Assembly: GCA_035703635.1 (NCBI GenBank)
Contig: DASSXV010000069.1
Location: 24,889-88,888 of the forward strand
Origin: Trueperaceae bacterium
GTDB taxonomy: Bacteria > Deinococcota > Deinococci > Deinococcales > Trueperaceae
Reading direction: 5' to 3'
Length of the DNA stretch: 64,000 bases
Shown in pieces: positions 38,991 to 48,722 of this stretch. A program made the position numbers and the translations under genes. Position 1 is the stretch's first letter, and each line of letters begins with the position of its first letter. A model generated the notes under the pieces. It was not told where the DNA came from, searched no databases, and worked only from the letters and a program-made list of their open reading frames with translations.

Positions 38991-41900
38991 CCGACGTAGT
39001 TGCCGGGAGTGTGCCCGCCGCCGAGCCCGACGAAGCCCAGCAGTTCGAGCGCCTAGCTAGCGCCTGGGCGGCCGAGCAACCCGTTGCAAGGAAGGCCTCG
39101 AGCGGAGCACAGGAGGCGCCAACCCCGGCTACGCGCCTGAACGGCAGCAACAGGAAGTTGAGGCGCGCGCACCAACGGTTCGCCCAGCAATCGGCCGCCA
39201 CGGAAGCCGACTCCTACGCGGCCGAGTGGTTCCTCGACAACTACTACCTGATCCGCGAGTCCGTCAGGCAAGTGATCGAGGACCTGCCGCCCGACTTCTA
39301 CCGCAAGCTGCCGCGCCTCGAACGTGGAGCGCCGCTAGCTGACGCGCCGCGCGCGCAGGCCCTCGCCATGAAGCTGCTCGAGGAGTGTTCCGGCCGCGTG
39401 GACAGCGCGCGGCTCGCGTTGCTCGTCGAGGCGTACCAGCGCAGCGCGCCCCTCACCATGGGCGAGCTCTGGGCGCTGCCGAGCCTGTTGCGGCTTGGGC
39501 TACTCGAGTGGTTGAGCGAGAGCGCCGACATCCTCACGTCCAGCCCACCTGGCACCGTCGGTGGCGAGGACCAAAGCGACCACGATCAACGCGTAGCGAA
39601 CTGCATCGTCGGGCTGAGGACGCTGAAGACCACCGAGTGGGACACCTTCTTCGAGGCGGCGAGCTGGACCGAGCGCGAACTGCGGCGCGACCCGAGCGGC
39701 GACTACGCGAACATGACCTTCGAGACCCGCGACCGTTACCGCAAGGGAGTCGAGCGCATAGCGCGGCGCAGCGACGCCGATGAACTCGAGGTGGCGCGCG
39801 CCGCGGTCGAGTTGGCCGAGGCGGCGGCTGGCACGGAGCCAGGGAAGCCTAGAACGCGGCACGTTGGTTACTACCTCGTGGACCGCGGCGTCGAACGGCT
39901 CGAACACGCTTACGGTTACCGGCGCTCGGCCGGTGAACGCGTGAAGGCGTGGGTGTACGCCCACCCGACCACCGTCTACCTCGGCAGCATCATGGTCGCC
40001 GCGGCCGCCCTCATCCTGTGGGGCTGCGCGTACGCTGCCTCCGTTGGCGCCAGCGTCTGGCTGGTCGCGCTCGTAGCCGTACTACTGCTCGTGCCGGCCT
40101 TGACGGTGGCGGTCGCGCTCGTCAATTACGGGGTCAGCCACCTGCTCGAGCCTAAGCTCCTTCCGAAGTTGGACTTCAGGAACGGCGTCCCGCACGCGCA
40201 CGCGACGGCCGTCGTCATGCCCGTGCTGGTCGGCAGTCGCGACGAGATAGACGAGCTCTTGAGCCAGCTGGAGCGCCACTATCTCGGCAATCCCGACCCA
40301 CAGCTCTCGTTCGCGCTCCTAACGGACTTCCCGGATGCCGATGCCGCCACCTTGCCAGGCGAGTCCGACCTGCTCGAGTACGCCGCTAAGCGCATCGAGC
40401 GCCTGAACGCCACCTACGGAACCGACGAGGGCGACGCGCCCTTCTACCTCCTGCATCGCGGCCGCCGCTGGAACCCACGCGAGGGGGTGTGGATGGGGTG
40501 GGAACGCAAGCGCGGCAAGCTCATGGAACTAAACCACCTCCTGCGCGGCGCGACAGGCACCACGTTCGAGTTGACCGTGGGCGCCATGGAGCGGCTGACG
40601 CAAGTCCAGTACGTGCTCACGCTCGACGCCGACACGCGCCTGCCGCCAAGCAGCGCCCACCGGCTGATAGGCACCCTCGCTCACCCCCTCAACCGCGCGG
40701 AGTTCGGCGAGAACGGCCGCGTCGTCGAGGGTTATAGCCTCCTCCAACCGCGCACGGACGTGCTGCCAGAGAGCGCCAACGCGTCGCGCTTCAGCCGCCT
40801 CTTCGTCGGAGAGAACGGCCTCGACCTCTACACCACTGCCGTCTCCGACGTCTACCAGGACCTCTTCGGGGCCGCGATATTCGTCGGCAAGGGCCTCTAC
40901 CGCCTCGACGACTTCGAGCGGGCGCTCGAGGGCCGCGTGCCTGAGAACAGCCTCCTGAGCCATGACCTCCTCGAGGGCATCTACGGCGGCGTCGCCCTCG
41001 TCAGCGACGTCGTTCTCTACGAGGAGTACCCGCCGACCTATCTAGCTCAAGTGCAGCGCGCGCAGCGCTGGGTGCGTGGCGACTGGCAGTTGCTGCCGTG
41101 GCTCGTCGCCACTCTCCTAGGAGTACGCGGTGGTGGTAGCGGTGAACGCCTCGGCCTCGTTGGCGCGTGGAAGATCGCAGACAACTTGCGCCGCAGCCTC
41201 CTCGCGCCCGCGCTCTTCCTCCTCTTCCTCGGCGGCTGGTTGGTGCTGCCTGGCTCGGTGCTCGTCTGGACCCTCATAGCGATCTCCACGCTCGCGGCAC
41301 CACTGCTCGCAAGTGCCGTGATCGCTTACGTCGCCGGCCTCATCGAGAACGACGAGGTGCCTGGCCGCCGCAGGCTGATGGCGTGGCAACCGCTCAGCCA
41401 GGCGCTTGGGCGCTTCGTAATCACCATCTCGTTCGTGCCGTACGAAGCGATCATGGTCTCGACGAGCGTGATCATCACGCTGTTCCGCCTCTTCGTCAGC
41501 CACCGCAACCTGCTGAAGTGGCGCACGGCCGCGCAGTCGAACCGCTCGCCTGCCCCGACGCTGCTCGGCAACATCCAGCGCATGGCGTGGGCCCTGGCTT
41601 TGACGCTGGCGACGACCGTCTTGCTAGCGAGGTTCAAGCCCAGCTCCCTAGCGGAGGCCGGCGTCGTGCTCGTCCTCTGGTTCCTTGCTCCGCTGACGGC
41701 GTACTTGCTGTCGGTGGCGAGCAGCGCCGCGCCGCGCGCCCTCACGGCCGAGGAGCGCAGCAAGCTCCACGGGCTCGCGCGGCGCACGTGGCTCTACTTC
41801 GAGAGCTTCGTCGGGCCAGAGGACAACTGGCTGCCGCCAGACAACGTGCAACTCGACCCCAAACCGGTCACGGCGCACCGCACCTCGCCCACGAACATCG

Positions 41901-44900
41901 GGCTGATGCTCCTCTCCACCCTAGCGGCGCACGACCTCGGCTACCTTGGCATGGTCGACCTGTCTCTCCGCCTGCGCCAGACGCTCGACGTGCTCGACCA
42001 ACTCGAGCGCCACAACGGCCACCTCCTCAACTGGTACGACACCCGCAGCCTCGAACCGCTCCACCCGCGTTACGTGTCCAGCGTCGACTCAGGCAACCTG
42101 GCGGCCTCGCTCATGGCCTTGCGGCAGGGCTGCCTCGCGCTCCTCAAACAGCCGCTCGACCTAGCGGCGTGCTTCCGCGGGCTAGCAGACGGCCTGACCG
42201 TGCTCGAGGAGGTCCTCACCGCGGGCCTGCCGGCTGGCGCGGCACTCGTTGGGTCCGTGGCCGAGCTGCGCGAACGCGTGATCGCAGACGGCGCCGTGAG
42301 GGAGCGGTGGCCTGACCTCATCAGCTACCTGAGGACTGCCGCCTGGCCCGCCCTCGAGAAGGGGCTCCTCGACGCGATGGACTCTGGCGACCTGTCCGGG
42401 CAGGACCTCACCGCGGCCAGACTGTGGTCAGAGCGCGTCAATCACGGCATACGGGTGACCCTCAAGGAGTTCGAGTCGCTAGCACCATGGGTTACGGCTT
42501 TGGGTGAGGCGCGGCCGTGGGCGGCTGCGCTCACGCCCGGCAGCCCCGCTGCGGCAGCCTGGGCGGACGTGCGACTCGCCTTCTCCGCCGAGCCCGCCCT
42601 AGACGGGCAGGAGGGTTGGGCGGCGCAGGGCGCGAGCGCCATCACGGCGCTGCGTGGCGCGTTGCGAAGCGCGGATGATGACGCGCGCGCGTGGTGCGAC
42701 ACGCTCCTGGCGCGCCTGACCTCGAGCACAAGCGCTGTGACCGGTCTCATGAGCGCCTTCGGCGAGTTGGCCACGCGGATAGACGCCCAGGTGAACGGCA
42801 CCGACTTCAGTTTCCTGTTCGATTCGGCGAGGCAACACCTGCACATCGGCTACAACGTCGACTCTGGCAGGTTGGACAGCAACTACTACGACTTGCTCGC
42901 GTCGGAATCGCGGCTCGCTAGCCTCGTTGCCATCGCCAAGCACGACGTGCCTGGCAGCCACTGGGTCCACCTCAATCGCCCGCTCGGCGCCGCCCTCGGC
43001 CGCGCCACGCTGCTCTCATGGAGCGGCACCATGTTCGAGTACCTCATGCCGCCCCTGCTGATGCGGCGTTACGGGGGCACGCTGCTCGAGCAGAGTTGCG
43101 ACTCGGCCGTCGACGTGCAGATCGCGTACGGCAAGCGCCACGGTGTGCCGTGGGGCGTCAGCGAGTCCGGTTACGCGCGCGTCGACGCGGCAGGCAACTA
43201 CCAGTACTACGCGTTCGGCGTCCCTGACCTCGCGCTCGACCGCTCGTACTCTGGCGACCTCGTCATCGCGCCTTACGCGAGCGTTCTCGCCCTGCCTTAC
43301 CAGCCGCACGCCGTGCTCGAGAACCTCGACCGCCTCGTCGGGGTCGGCGCCCTTGGCCCGCACGGCTTCTTCGAGGCCCTGGATTACACGCCTTCGCGCA
43401 AGCCGTTGGCGGCCGACTTCGCGCTCGTGCGCTCGCACATGGCGCACCACCAGGGCATGGCGTTGGTGGCGTTGGCGAACGCCCTCACAGGCGACAGCAT
43501 GGTCGAGCGCTTCCACGCCGACCCGCGCGTCGCTACCGTCGAGCTGCTCCTGCAGGAACGCATTCCGCTCGAGGTGCCCGTCGTCGATGAGGTGCGCGTC
43601 GAGGAGGAACCAACCGAACCCGTCGACCTGGCAGCGCTCGACCGTCCGTGGCCCGCGCCGCTTGGGACCATCCTCCCCCTTACCCAACTCCTGTCTAACG
43701 GCTCCTACACGGTGCTCCTCAGCGCGGGAGGCGGCGGTTGGTCCGCGGCAGGCGCTGTCGCGTTAACGCGCTGGAGTGGTGACGGCACCCGCGACGCGGA
43801 CGGGACCTGGCTGTACCTCGCAGACGAGGACGGTGGCGCGGTGTGGTCCGCCACCCACCAACCTTTGCCAGGTGCGGCGCAGGCGGAGCGCGTCACTTTC
43901 CACCCGTACATGGTCGAGTACGAGCGCGACGTCGAGGGCATCCACTCGCACCTCGAGGTCGTGATCGGGCAGGACAAGGCCGAGGTGAGGCGCCTCACCG
44001 TCGTCAACCGCAGCGCGCGCGAGAGGCGGCTGCGCGTTACGTCGTACGCGGAGGTTGTGCTTGGCTCGGCCGAGGCGGACGCGCGTCACCCCGCCTTCAG
44101 CAAGCTGTTCGTCGAGAGCCGCTTCGATGCCCAACGCTCTGCCCTGATCTTCCGTCGGCGACCGCGCTCGGTGAGCGACCGTGCGCAGTTCGCCGCTCAC
44201 ACGTTGCTTGGCCCCGAAGAGGGCGGCGCCTGCGAGTTCGAGAGCGACCGCGCCACCTTCCTAGGACGCGGTAACGACGTCACCACGGCCGTCGGCCCGC
44301 ATGGACCACTAGCCGGCGGCGTCGGCGCCACCCTCGACCCAGTCATGGCTCTAGCGCAACCCGTCGTACTGCAGCCGAACGGTCAGGCGGTGTTCACGTT
44401 CATTACGGCGTTCGCGGAGAGCCGCAAGGCGCTGGTCGGCCTCATCGACCACCTGCGCCTCCCTGGCATCGTGGCGCGCGAGTTCGGGTTGGCGCGCATG
44501 CGTAGTCGCCTCGAGATGCGGCAGTACGAGCTGACGCCAGAGCGCGTCGAGTCCTATCAGCGCCTCCTCTCCGCGATCGTCTACCCGGATCGCGAGCTCC
44601 GCGCCCCAACCGCCACCTTGGCCGCCAACACCCTCGGCCAGTCTTCTTTGTGGGGCCAGGGCATCTCAGGTGACTTCCCCATCCTCCTCGTGCGCCTCGA
44701 CGACCATGAGCACCTGCCGTTAGTGGTCGAGCTCCTCCACGCCCACGCTTACTGGCGCAGGCGCGCCGTGAAAGTGGATCTCGTGGTGCTCAACGCCAAG
44801 GACACCGCATACGACCAGGCGCTGCACGCGCGCCTGCGTTGGCACTTGAGCCGCACGGGGGGCGACGAGTGGCTGAACGCGCGCGGCGGCATCTACCTCC

Positions 44901-47461
44901 TACGGCAAGACCAGTTGGCGCCAGCCGACCTGAAGCTCCTGGAGAGCGCAGCGACCGTGCTGCTCGAGGGGCGCGGCGGTACCTTGGGTGAGCAACTCAT
45001 GGCGACACGTGAGGTGTGGCAGCCGGGGTTACCGCGCTCGGCGCCGGTGCGCGCCCCCGAACCGGAGCCGGTCGCACCCGCCGCCACCGCGCCGGAGAAG
45101 CTCGCTTTCGCCAACGGCGTCGGCGGCTTCTCGGCGGATGGCCGCGAGTACGTGATGAAGGTGAAGCCAGGAGCGCTGCCGCCTGCTCCGTGGTCGAACG
45201 TCATGGCCAACTCGGCGCTTGGCTGCCTGACGACGGAGGCGGGACTCGGCCCCACCTGGTCGGTCAACAGCGGCGAGAACCGTTTGACGCCGTGGAGCAA
45301 CGATCCCGTTTCCGACCCAAGCGCCGAGGTCGTCTACCTCCGCGACGAGGAGACCGTCGAGGCCTGGTCCGCCACGCCGCATCCGGCGGGCGCAGACGTG
45401 CCGTTCGAGGTTAGGCACGGCGCTGGCTACACGACGTACGCGCATGTGAGTCACGGCCTCGAACAGAAGCTCGAGGTGTCCGTCGCGGCCTCCGACCCAG
45501 TGAAGCTCGCGCACCTCAGGGTGAGGAACTTGCTCGATCGGCCGCGGCGCGTGACCGTCACCTACTACGCGGAGTGGGTGTTGGGAGTCGATCGCCGCAC
45601 GACCAGCATGTACGTGCTGCCTGATTACGACCCGCAGCGCTGCGCGGTCCTGGCGCGCAACCCCTACGCGGCCGATTTCGGGGAGAGGGTGGCGTTCCTC
45701 GCCAGCAACAAGTCCCCTCACGGGGTAACCACCGACCGGCGCGAGTTCCTTGGCGCACTCGGCGCCGCCGCCGCCCCTGACGCCCTCAAGCGCATCGGCC
45801 TGAGCGGCGCCACCGTGGCTGGCGCCGACCCCTGTGCCGTCCTGCAACTACACCTCGACTTGCCAGCTGGCGGTGAGGAGGAGGTGCTGTTCGTGCTCGG
45901 GCAAGCCGAGAACCGGGACCGGGCGCTCGACGTGGCGGACGAGTACCGCAACCTCAGCCACTACGCCGCTGCCAGGCGAGAGGCGGACGAGCTATGGGAA
46001 GCGCGGCTCGACATGGTGCAAGTCACTACGCCCGACCGCGCCTTCGATCTGCTCAACAACCGCTGGTTGCTCTACCAGACGCTCTCCAGCCGTTACTTCG
46101 GGCGCACCGCGTTCTACCAGCCTGGCGGGGCTTACGGCTTCAGGGATCAACTGCAGGACGTCGTGGCCGTACTGCACGCCGCTCCAGAACTAGCACGGGA
46201 GCAGCTGCTGCGGGCGGCTGCGCACCAGTTCGAGGAAGGCGACGTGCTGCACTGGTGGCACCCGCCTGCCGGGCGCGGCGTGCGGACCCGCATCAGCGAC
46301 GACCTCCTGTGGCTCATCTACGTTGCGGAGCGGTACGTCACGTGCACGGGCGACAGGGCAGTGCTCGACGAGGTCGTGCCTTACCTCCGTGGCCCCGCGT
46401 TGCAGCCGGCGGAGGAGGACCACTACGACCTCTTCCAACAGAGCGACGTGAGCGGCACCCTACTCGACCACTGCAGGCGCGCGCTTGAGAAGGGCGCCAC
46501 CGTCGGGCGCAACGGCCTGCCGCTGATGGGTTCCGGTGACTGGAACGACGGCATGAACCGCGTCGGGATCGGCGGTCAGGGCGAGTCGGTATGGCTGGCC
46601 TGGTTCCTCACGGACGTGATCAAGCGCTTCACGCGCCTGCTAGACGGCCCTGACGATCAGGCTGAACGCGAGCGCTGGCTCGCGAAGGCCGAAGCGTACG
46701 CGCAAGCGTGCGAGGAGCATGCGTGGGACGGCAAGTGGTACCGGCGCGCGTACTTCGATGACGGCACGCCGCTCGGGAGCCACCTCAACGTCGAGTGCCA
46801 GATAGACTCCATCGCCCAGTCATGGTCGGTGTTGTCCGGCGCAGCGCCAGCCGCTCACGCCCAACAGGCGATGCGAGCCGTAGACGACATGTGCGTGCGG
46901 CGCGACGACCGCCTCATCCGCCTCTTCACGCCGCCATTCGACCGCACTCCGCGGGATCCCGGCTACATCAAGGGCTACTTGCCTGGCGTGCGCGAGAACG
47001 GCGGGCAGTACACGCACGGCGCCATCTGGAGCGCTTGGGCGTTCGCAGATCTAGGCGACGCAGACGAAGCTCACGAGCTGCACCAGCTCCTCAACCCCGT
47101 CCTGCACGCTAGCGACGCCGCTGGCGTCGAGCGCTACAAGATCGAGCCTTACGTCATGACCGCCGACGTCTACAGCCTGCAGCCTCACGTAGGGCGCGGT
47201 GGGTGGAGCTGGTACACGGGCTCCGCGGCCTGGTACTACCGCTTCGGCCTAGAAGGGCTGCTTGGGTTTGAGCGCGAAGGGAAGATGCTGCGCTTGCGCC
47301 CACGCGTGCCTGAAGCGTGGCCCGGCTTCGAAGTCCGCTACCGCTACGGCGCCAGCCGTTACGTGCTGCGGGCGAAACGGGGGCAGGCGCCCGCGAACCT
47401 CGACGTTGCGTTGGTCGACGACGGCGAGGAGCACGTGATCGACGCCGTTTACGTTGCCTGA
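38987..47461 (+). CDS. ndvB: Cyclic beta-1,2-glucan synthase (Cgs/NdvB/ChvB-like: GT84 + cyclisation domain + GH94 phosphorylase)
   Basis: About 2820 aa. Synthase motifs EWFLDNYY, WMGWERKRGKL, LDADT, LLSHDLLEG and RWVRGDWQ. Central motifs WSGTMFEYLMP and WGVSES. GH94 motifs GAYGFRDQLQD, GDWNDGMN and ENGGQYTH. Confidence 0.92.
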   Translation: MTDVVAGSVPAAEPDEAQQFERLASAWAAEQPVARKASSGAQEAPTPATRLNGSNRKLRRAHQRFAQQSAATEADSYAAEWFLDNYYLIRESVRQVIEDLPPDFYRKLPRLERGAPLADAPRAQALAMKLLEECSGRVDSARLALLVEAYQRSAPLTMGELWALPSLLRLGLLEWLSESADILTSSPPGTVGGEDQSDHDQRVANCIVGLRTLKTTEWDTFFEAASWTERELRRDPSGDYANMTFETRDRYRKGVERIARRSDADELEVARAAVELAEAAAGTEPGKPRTRHVGYYLVDRGVERLEHAYGYRRSAGERVKAWVYAHPTTVYLGSIMVAAAALILWGCAYAASVGASVWLVALVAVLLLVPALTVAVALVNYGVSHLLEPKLLPKLDFRNGVPHAHATAVVMPVLVGSRDEIDELLSQLERHYLGNPDPQLSFALLTDFPDADAATLPGESDLLEYAAKRIERLNATYGTDEGDAPFYLLHRGRRWNPREGVWMGWERKRGKLMELNHLLRGATGTTFELTVGAMERLTQVQYVLTLDADTRLPPSSAHRLIGTLAHPLNRAEFGENGRVVEGYSLLQPRTDVLPESANASRFSRLFVGENGLDLYTTAVSDVYQDLFGAAIFVGKGLYRLDDFERALEGRVPENSLLSHDLLEGIYGGVALVSDVVLYEEYPPTYLAQVQRAQRWVRGDWQLLPWLVATLLGVRGGGSGERLGLVGAWKIADNLRRSLLAPALFLLFLGGWLVLPGSVLVWTLIAISTLAAPLLASAVIAYVAGLIENDEVPGRRRLMAWQPLSQALGRFVITISFVPYEAIMVSTSVIITLFRLFVSHRNLLKWRTAAQSNRSPAPTLLGNIQRMAWALALTLATTVLLARFKPSSLAEAGVVLVLWFLAPLTAYLLSVASSAAPRALTAEERSKLHGLARRTWLYFESFVGPEDNWLPPDNVQLDPKPVTAHRTSPTNIGLMLLSTLAAHDLGYLGMVDLSLRLRQTLDVLDQLERHNGHLLNWYDTRSLEPLHPRYVSSVDSGNLAASLMALRQGCLALLKQPLDLAACFRGLADGLTVLEEVLTAGLPAGAALVGSVAELRERVIADGAVRERWPDLISYLRTAAWPALEKGLLDAMDSGDLSGQDLTAARLWSERVNHGIRVTLKEFESLAPWVTALGEARPWAAALTPGSPAAAAWADVRLAFSAEPALDGQEGWAAQGASAITALRGALRSADDDARAWCDTLLARLTSSTSAVTGLMSAFGELATRIDAQVNGTDFSFLFDSARQHLHIGYNVDSGRLDSNYYDLLASESRLASLVAIAKHDVPGSHWVHLNRPLGAALGRATLLSWSGTMFEYLMPPLLMRRYGGTLLEQSCDSAVDVQIAYGKRHGVPWGVSESGYARVDAAGNYQYYAFGVPDLALDRSYSGDLVIAPYASVLALPYQPHAVLENLDRLVGVGALGPHGFFEALDYTPSRKPLAADFALVRSHMAHHQGMALVALANALTGDSMVERFHADPRVATVELLLQERIPLEVPVVDEVRVEEEPTEPVDLAALDRPWPAPLGTILPLTQLLSNGSYTVLLSAGGGGWSAAGAVALTRWSGDGTRDADGTWLYLADEDGGAVWSATHQPLPGAAQAERVTFHPYMVEYERDVEGIHSHLEVVIGQDKAEVRRLTVVNRSARERRLRVTSYAEVVLGSAEADARHPAFSKLFVESRFDAQRSALIFRRRPRSVSDRAQFAAHTLLGPEEGGACEFESDRATFLGRGNDVTTAVGPHGPLAGGVGATLDPVMALAQPVVLQPNGQAVFTFITAFAESRKALVGLIDHLRLPGIVAREFGLARMRSRLEMRQYELTPERVESYQRLLSAIVYPDRELRAPTATLAANTLGQSSLWGQGISGDFPILLVRLDDHEHLPLVVELLHAHAYWRRRAVKVDLVVLNAKDTAYDQALHARLRWHLSRTGGDEWLNARGGIYLLRQDQLAPADLKLLESAATVLLEGRGGTLGEQLMATREVWQPGLPRSAPVRAPEPEPVAPAATAPEKLAFANGVGGFSADGREYVMKVKPGALPPAPWSNVMANSALGCLTTEAGLGPTWSVNSGENRLTPWSNDPVSDPSAEVVYLRDEETVEAWSATPHPAGADVPFEVRHGAGYTTYAHVSHGLEQKLEVSVAASDPVKLAHLRVRNLLDRPRRVTVTYYAEWVLGVDRRTTSMYVLPDYDPQRCAVLARNPYAADFGERVAFLASNKSPHGVTTDRREFLGALGAAAAPDALKRIGLSGATVAGADPCAVLQLHLDLPAGGEEEVLFVLGQAENRDRALDVADEYRNLSHYAAARREADELWEARLDMVQVTTPDRAFDLLNNRWLLYQTLSSRYFGRTAFYQPGGAYGFRDQLQDVVAVLHAAPELAREQLLRAAAHQFEEGDVLHWWHPPAGRGVRTRISDDLLWLIYVAERYVTCTGDRAVLDEVVPYLRGPALQPAEEDHYDLFQQSDVSGTLLDHCRRALEKGATVGRNGLPLMGSGDWNDGMNRVGIGGQGESVWLAWFLTDVIKRFTRLLDGPDDQAERERWLAKAEAYAQACEEHAWDGKWYRRAYFDDGTPLGSHLNVECQIDSIAQSWSVLSGAAPAAHAQQAMRAVDDMCVRRDDRLIRLFTPPFDRTPRDPGYIKGYLPGVRENGGQYTHGAIWSAWAFADLGDADEAHELHQLLNPVLHASDAAGVERYKIEPYVMTADVYSLQPHVGRGGWSWYTGSAAWYYRFGLEGLLGFEREGKMLRLRPRVPEAWPGFEVRYRYGASRYVLRAKRGQAPANLDVALVDDGEEHVIDAVYVA

Positions 47462-47531
47462 GGCGCGCGCGGCCTCTCCGCGGCACGCGCGCTGCACGGC
47501 GCTGAGTGGTGACGACGTGCGTCTGGAGTGC

Positions 47532-47834
47532 TTAGGCTTTGTGCCTGCCTGGGCTGAAACTTTCGGTCACCTTCTTGGCGGCGCCCTCAAGCTTCGGGCG
47601 CCACTCGGAAACCTGCTTCTCCGCCGCTGCGCGGTTGATGTGATAACGCTCCTCGATGCGCCCGATGAGCTTGTCGCGGTCGCCAGCCACCATCTTGAGG
47701 TCGTCCGCCGTCAAGTCATGCCAGCGCTCTTGGATCTCCCTTTCGAAGTCTGACCAGTGCCCTTTGATGGCGTTCCAATCCGGCATCGCCGTTGGGGACT
47801 TGCCCGTTTGCGTCGTCTTCGCCGAGTTCTTCAT
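47532..47834 (-). CDS. CsbD-family general stress protein
   Basis: Motif WNAIKGHW..IQERWHDLTADDL..GDRDKLIGRIEERY. AAGGAGG SD upstream. Confidence 0.85.
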   Translation of the reverse strand: MKNSAKTTQTGKSPTAMPDWNAIKGHWSDFEREIQERWHDLTADDLKMVAGDRDKLIGRIEERYHINRAAAEKQVSEWRPKLEGAAKKVTESFSPGRHKA

Positions 47835-48017
47835 CTGGTGCCTCCTTCGTCTAGGTCTTGCGCCAAGAGTATCGGCCCGCCGCTTCTGTGAGTCATGAAG
47901 CGCGCATGTGACCAAAACTGAGGGGCATGTGAAAGCCGCCCCGCGACTGCCGGAGCGGCTAGTTGCCTACTGGCAATTTCAGTGTACGCGGCTGCTCACG
48001 CGCCGCACATCGAACGG

Positions 48018-48254
48018 TCAGAGGCCAGAGAGGCGCGTGTTCTTCTCGATGTAGGAGACCCAGTCCTCTGGCACGTCCATCTCCGGGTAGATGGCGTCTA
48101 CTGGGCAGGCTGGCACGCAGGCGCCGCAGTCGATGCACTCTTCCGGGTTGATGTAGAACTGGTCGTCGGCCTCGTAGATGCACTCGACGGGGCAGACGTC
48201 TACGCATGAAGCGTCTTTAACGCCTATGCAGGGTTCCGTGATGATGTAAGCCAT
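48018..48254 (-). CDS. fdxA: 7Fe ([3Fe-4S]/[4Fe-4S]) ferredoxin
   Basis: Motifs CIGVKDASCVDVCP and CIDCGACVPACP. Confidence 0.92.
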   Translation of the reverse strand: MAYIITEPCIGVKDASCVDVCPVECIYEADDQFYINPEECIDCGACVPACPVDAIYPEMDVPEDWVSYIEKNTRLSGL

Positions 48255-48631
48255 TGCCTACCTCCGGGCCGCGGTGGCGGCCACTTAGCAGCCCGGTGCG
48301 GCGCCATGACCGACCGAACGCGCTGGACGAGGGCTTCAACCCTCGATAATGTGTTTTAGCAGGTACGGCGGTGGATGGCAAGGACTCAAGTCCAATGGGC
48401 GCGCGATGCTAAGACTCGTGTGGGCGCAAGGCATGCCACGCAAATACGAGCAACCCCGGCTACCTTTTCGTGCTCCGTCGGTGCCCTCCAGCGTGGTCTT
48501 GCGGTTTCTTCTGGCCGGGCTACTCTGTCGAGCCTCTATTGGCGCTAGGGTCGCTCTTTAAGAAGTGGTCTGTGATCTCTATCTTGTAGACCTCCTTCCG
48601 TATTCAGGGTAATGCCGTATGGCGGGAAAGA

Positions 48632-48667
48632 CTAGGGCCACGCGTCCTAGTGTTCGCGTGGCCCTAG
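48632..48667 (-). terminator. Probable intrinsic terminator of hppA
   Basis: Perfect 13-bp stem CTAGGGCCACGCG/CGCGTGGCCCTAG, followed by TCTTT on the minus strand. Confidence 0.7.
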
Positions 48668-48722
48668 CAGTAGGCTTAAGAATTGGGGCCCGAGCCAACT
48701 GCCGGGTTCCCTAGTTTCTAGT

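Noticed and set aside
48349-48561. 70-aa plus-strand ORF with a hydrophobic tail (possible type I toxin)
   Set aside because: Codon usage is atypical, there is no SD or leaderless signal, and I recognise no family.
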